This document shows positions 62,551 to 64,000 of a stretch of 64,000 nt of DNA, in pieces. The first letter of the stretch is position 1. Each line of letters starts with the position of its first letter. Source of the DNA: Klebsormidium nitens (lineage: Eukaryota > Plantae > Klebsormidiophyceae). The notes under the pieces are model-generated. The model saw nothing but the letters and a program-made list of their open reading frames with translations, was not told the origin of the DNA and searched no databases. Both the position numbers and the translations under genes were made by a program. The DNA lies in NCBI GenBank assembly GCA_000708835.1, contig DF237050.1, forward strand, positions 119,919 to 183,918, read 5' to 3'.

Positions 62551-64000
62551 TCATATACAGGCGTGCTCTTCATTATTTTGATGCAACGTCTCGCGACGAT
62601 GTAAGTTCTGGCACCATTCCTTGTGCGCGCCCTTCCAGGCAGCTTTCTGGCACTCTGCAGGGACAGAAAGAGGGAAAGCGTTACACTAAGATGTTCTCAG
62701 AATGCACAGAAGGCCAGACATGAGAAAAGGGAGAACTTCGAAAAGCTACTTCTTACAGCAATGTTTAGTGGGCCGTTGAATATCTCCAAGCAACGAAGCA
62801 TTCGGCTATCCATTTTGCAGTTTGTGTAATCAATGTCGTCAGTGTCCTCAGTGATGGTGTTTCCTTGCCGTTCACGTTGAGGCGGCGGATCTCTTTTCTG
62901 CTATTAACAAGCCGTCAGGCATGAATGAAAATCGAAGTATGTACAAAGATGATATTACACATGAAAGACGCGGAAAAGATGTCGATTAAGAAAGACAGGA
63001 ACCCCTCAATTGAATTGAGCAAGCACTTGCCTCGGCTGCAGTAGACGCTCAGCTTGCACTGGCGGCACACCTTGAACTCCCCTGGCTTCTTCTCCTTCTT
63101 GCTGCAGCCGGTCGCCGAGCACGACCGCTTCGCGCGCGCGTCCAGCCACCCCAGCCTGGGGGCCACCGTGGCGTCCTTCACTGGATATTTCTCCCCGTGC
63201 CTCTTGACTATCGGCAGAACCCTGTTGAAGTGCGGCTCTGACACGATCGCGGCCAGCTGCTGCGCGCGCTGCACCCGCGCGCCGTCTTTGCGCGCCTCCT
63301 TCTCGAAGTGGCGCCTTCGCTCCACGGCGTTCCGGCCCGCCGCCTTTGCACCGCTAGTGTCCTGGATCGCCACCCCCAGCGTCGTCCCCAACATTTTCAG
63401 GCTCCGGGTGGGGTTTCCGGCCGGATTCGGGCTGGCCGGAACCGCCGCCAAGATGTGGCAAAGGGGCAGCAGGTAGGTGCCCGCGGAGGGCCCGGCCAGC
63501 CGCTGCCGCCGGTCGTCTCCCTGAGTGAGGAGACACAGAAGATAGCACGCGCTCTCGATGAGCGCGCACTCTGCGGCGGAGTGGATGATGTTGCTGATCC
63601 AGTACAACACCCAGCCGTCCAGGTCGGGGTCCTCCCACAACGGGTACACGTGGCACAGCAGCAGGAAGGCGTCGTGGAGGAATTCGACGTCGGACACGTC
63701 CTGCGACGTGTGAACTAGGATGGCGTTCAGCAGCTCCGTGTGTCGCGCGCACCGCAGCCTGAGCTTGTGAGACCAGAGGGATAGGTGCGCGAGGCACGAC
63801 AGGATGTTGGCGCGCGCCCATTGCTTGACTTCAAGGATCGCCTCTTCCGTCAATCTGCTCCTGCATTCCTCTGACACGGGGCACTCCACTCCTCTGAGGT
63901 ACACCTCTGTTAGGAGATCTAGCAAGTCTGGGACTGACGCTCTGATTGCTCGGAAGGTGCGCTTGTCTTCGGTGAGGCAGTACAGCACCTTGGCGCAATC
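62551..64000 (-). CDS. Helical-domain protein with C-terminal zf-MYND (5'-partial)
   Basis: An exon open from beyond 64000 to 63031, a GC-AG intron 63030-62655 and a last exon 62654-62551. The join gives CSATGC...FKVCRQCKLSVYCSR-E-CQKAAWKGAHKEWC, a complete MYND finger. Confidence 0.88.

Noticed and set aside
62915-63030. ORF-track C-terminus GKCLLNSIEGF... of the MYND gene
   Set aside because: This is intron read-through. Splicing at the GC donor completes the MYND finger.

Overview
Intron-rich eukaryotic nuclear DNA with GC-rich exons. Gene content (FO synthase, PIH1, DsPTP1-like, TIP41, ECT-type YTH) fits a charophyte green alga such as Klebsormidium, which is an inference. I reconstructed 12 spliced protein-coding genes by hand, checking splice phase at every junction: an ATM-type ABCB transporter (+, partial), RING-H2/VWA E3 ligase (-), HAD hydrolase (+), bifunctional FO synthase FbiC (-), PIH1/CS protein (+), DsPTP1-like phosphatase (-), 2OG-Fe(II) oxygenase (+), TIP41 (-), modular coiled-coil protein (+), F-box/LRR (-), YTH-CCCH-RING protein (+) and zf-MYND protein (-, partial). 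There is one TIR-bounded non-autonomous transposon. No tRNA, rRNA or CRISPR was seen. Main leads: (1) a single gene joining an intact m6A-reader YTH domain to a CCCH finger and a C-terminal RING, possibly through a GC-AG intron; (2) perfect +/- alternation of all 12 genes, with every tail-to-tail spacer rich in short palindromes and CATGCA-type motifs; (3) a coiled-coil gene built from phase-0 exons whose lengths are mostly whole heptads. All counts are manual, and family assignments rest on recognised motifs, not database searches.
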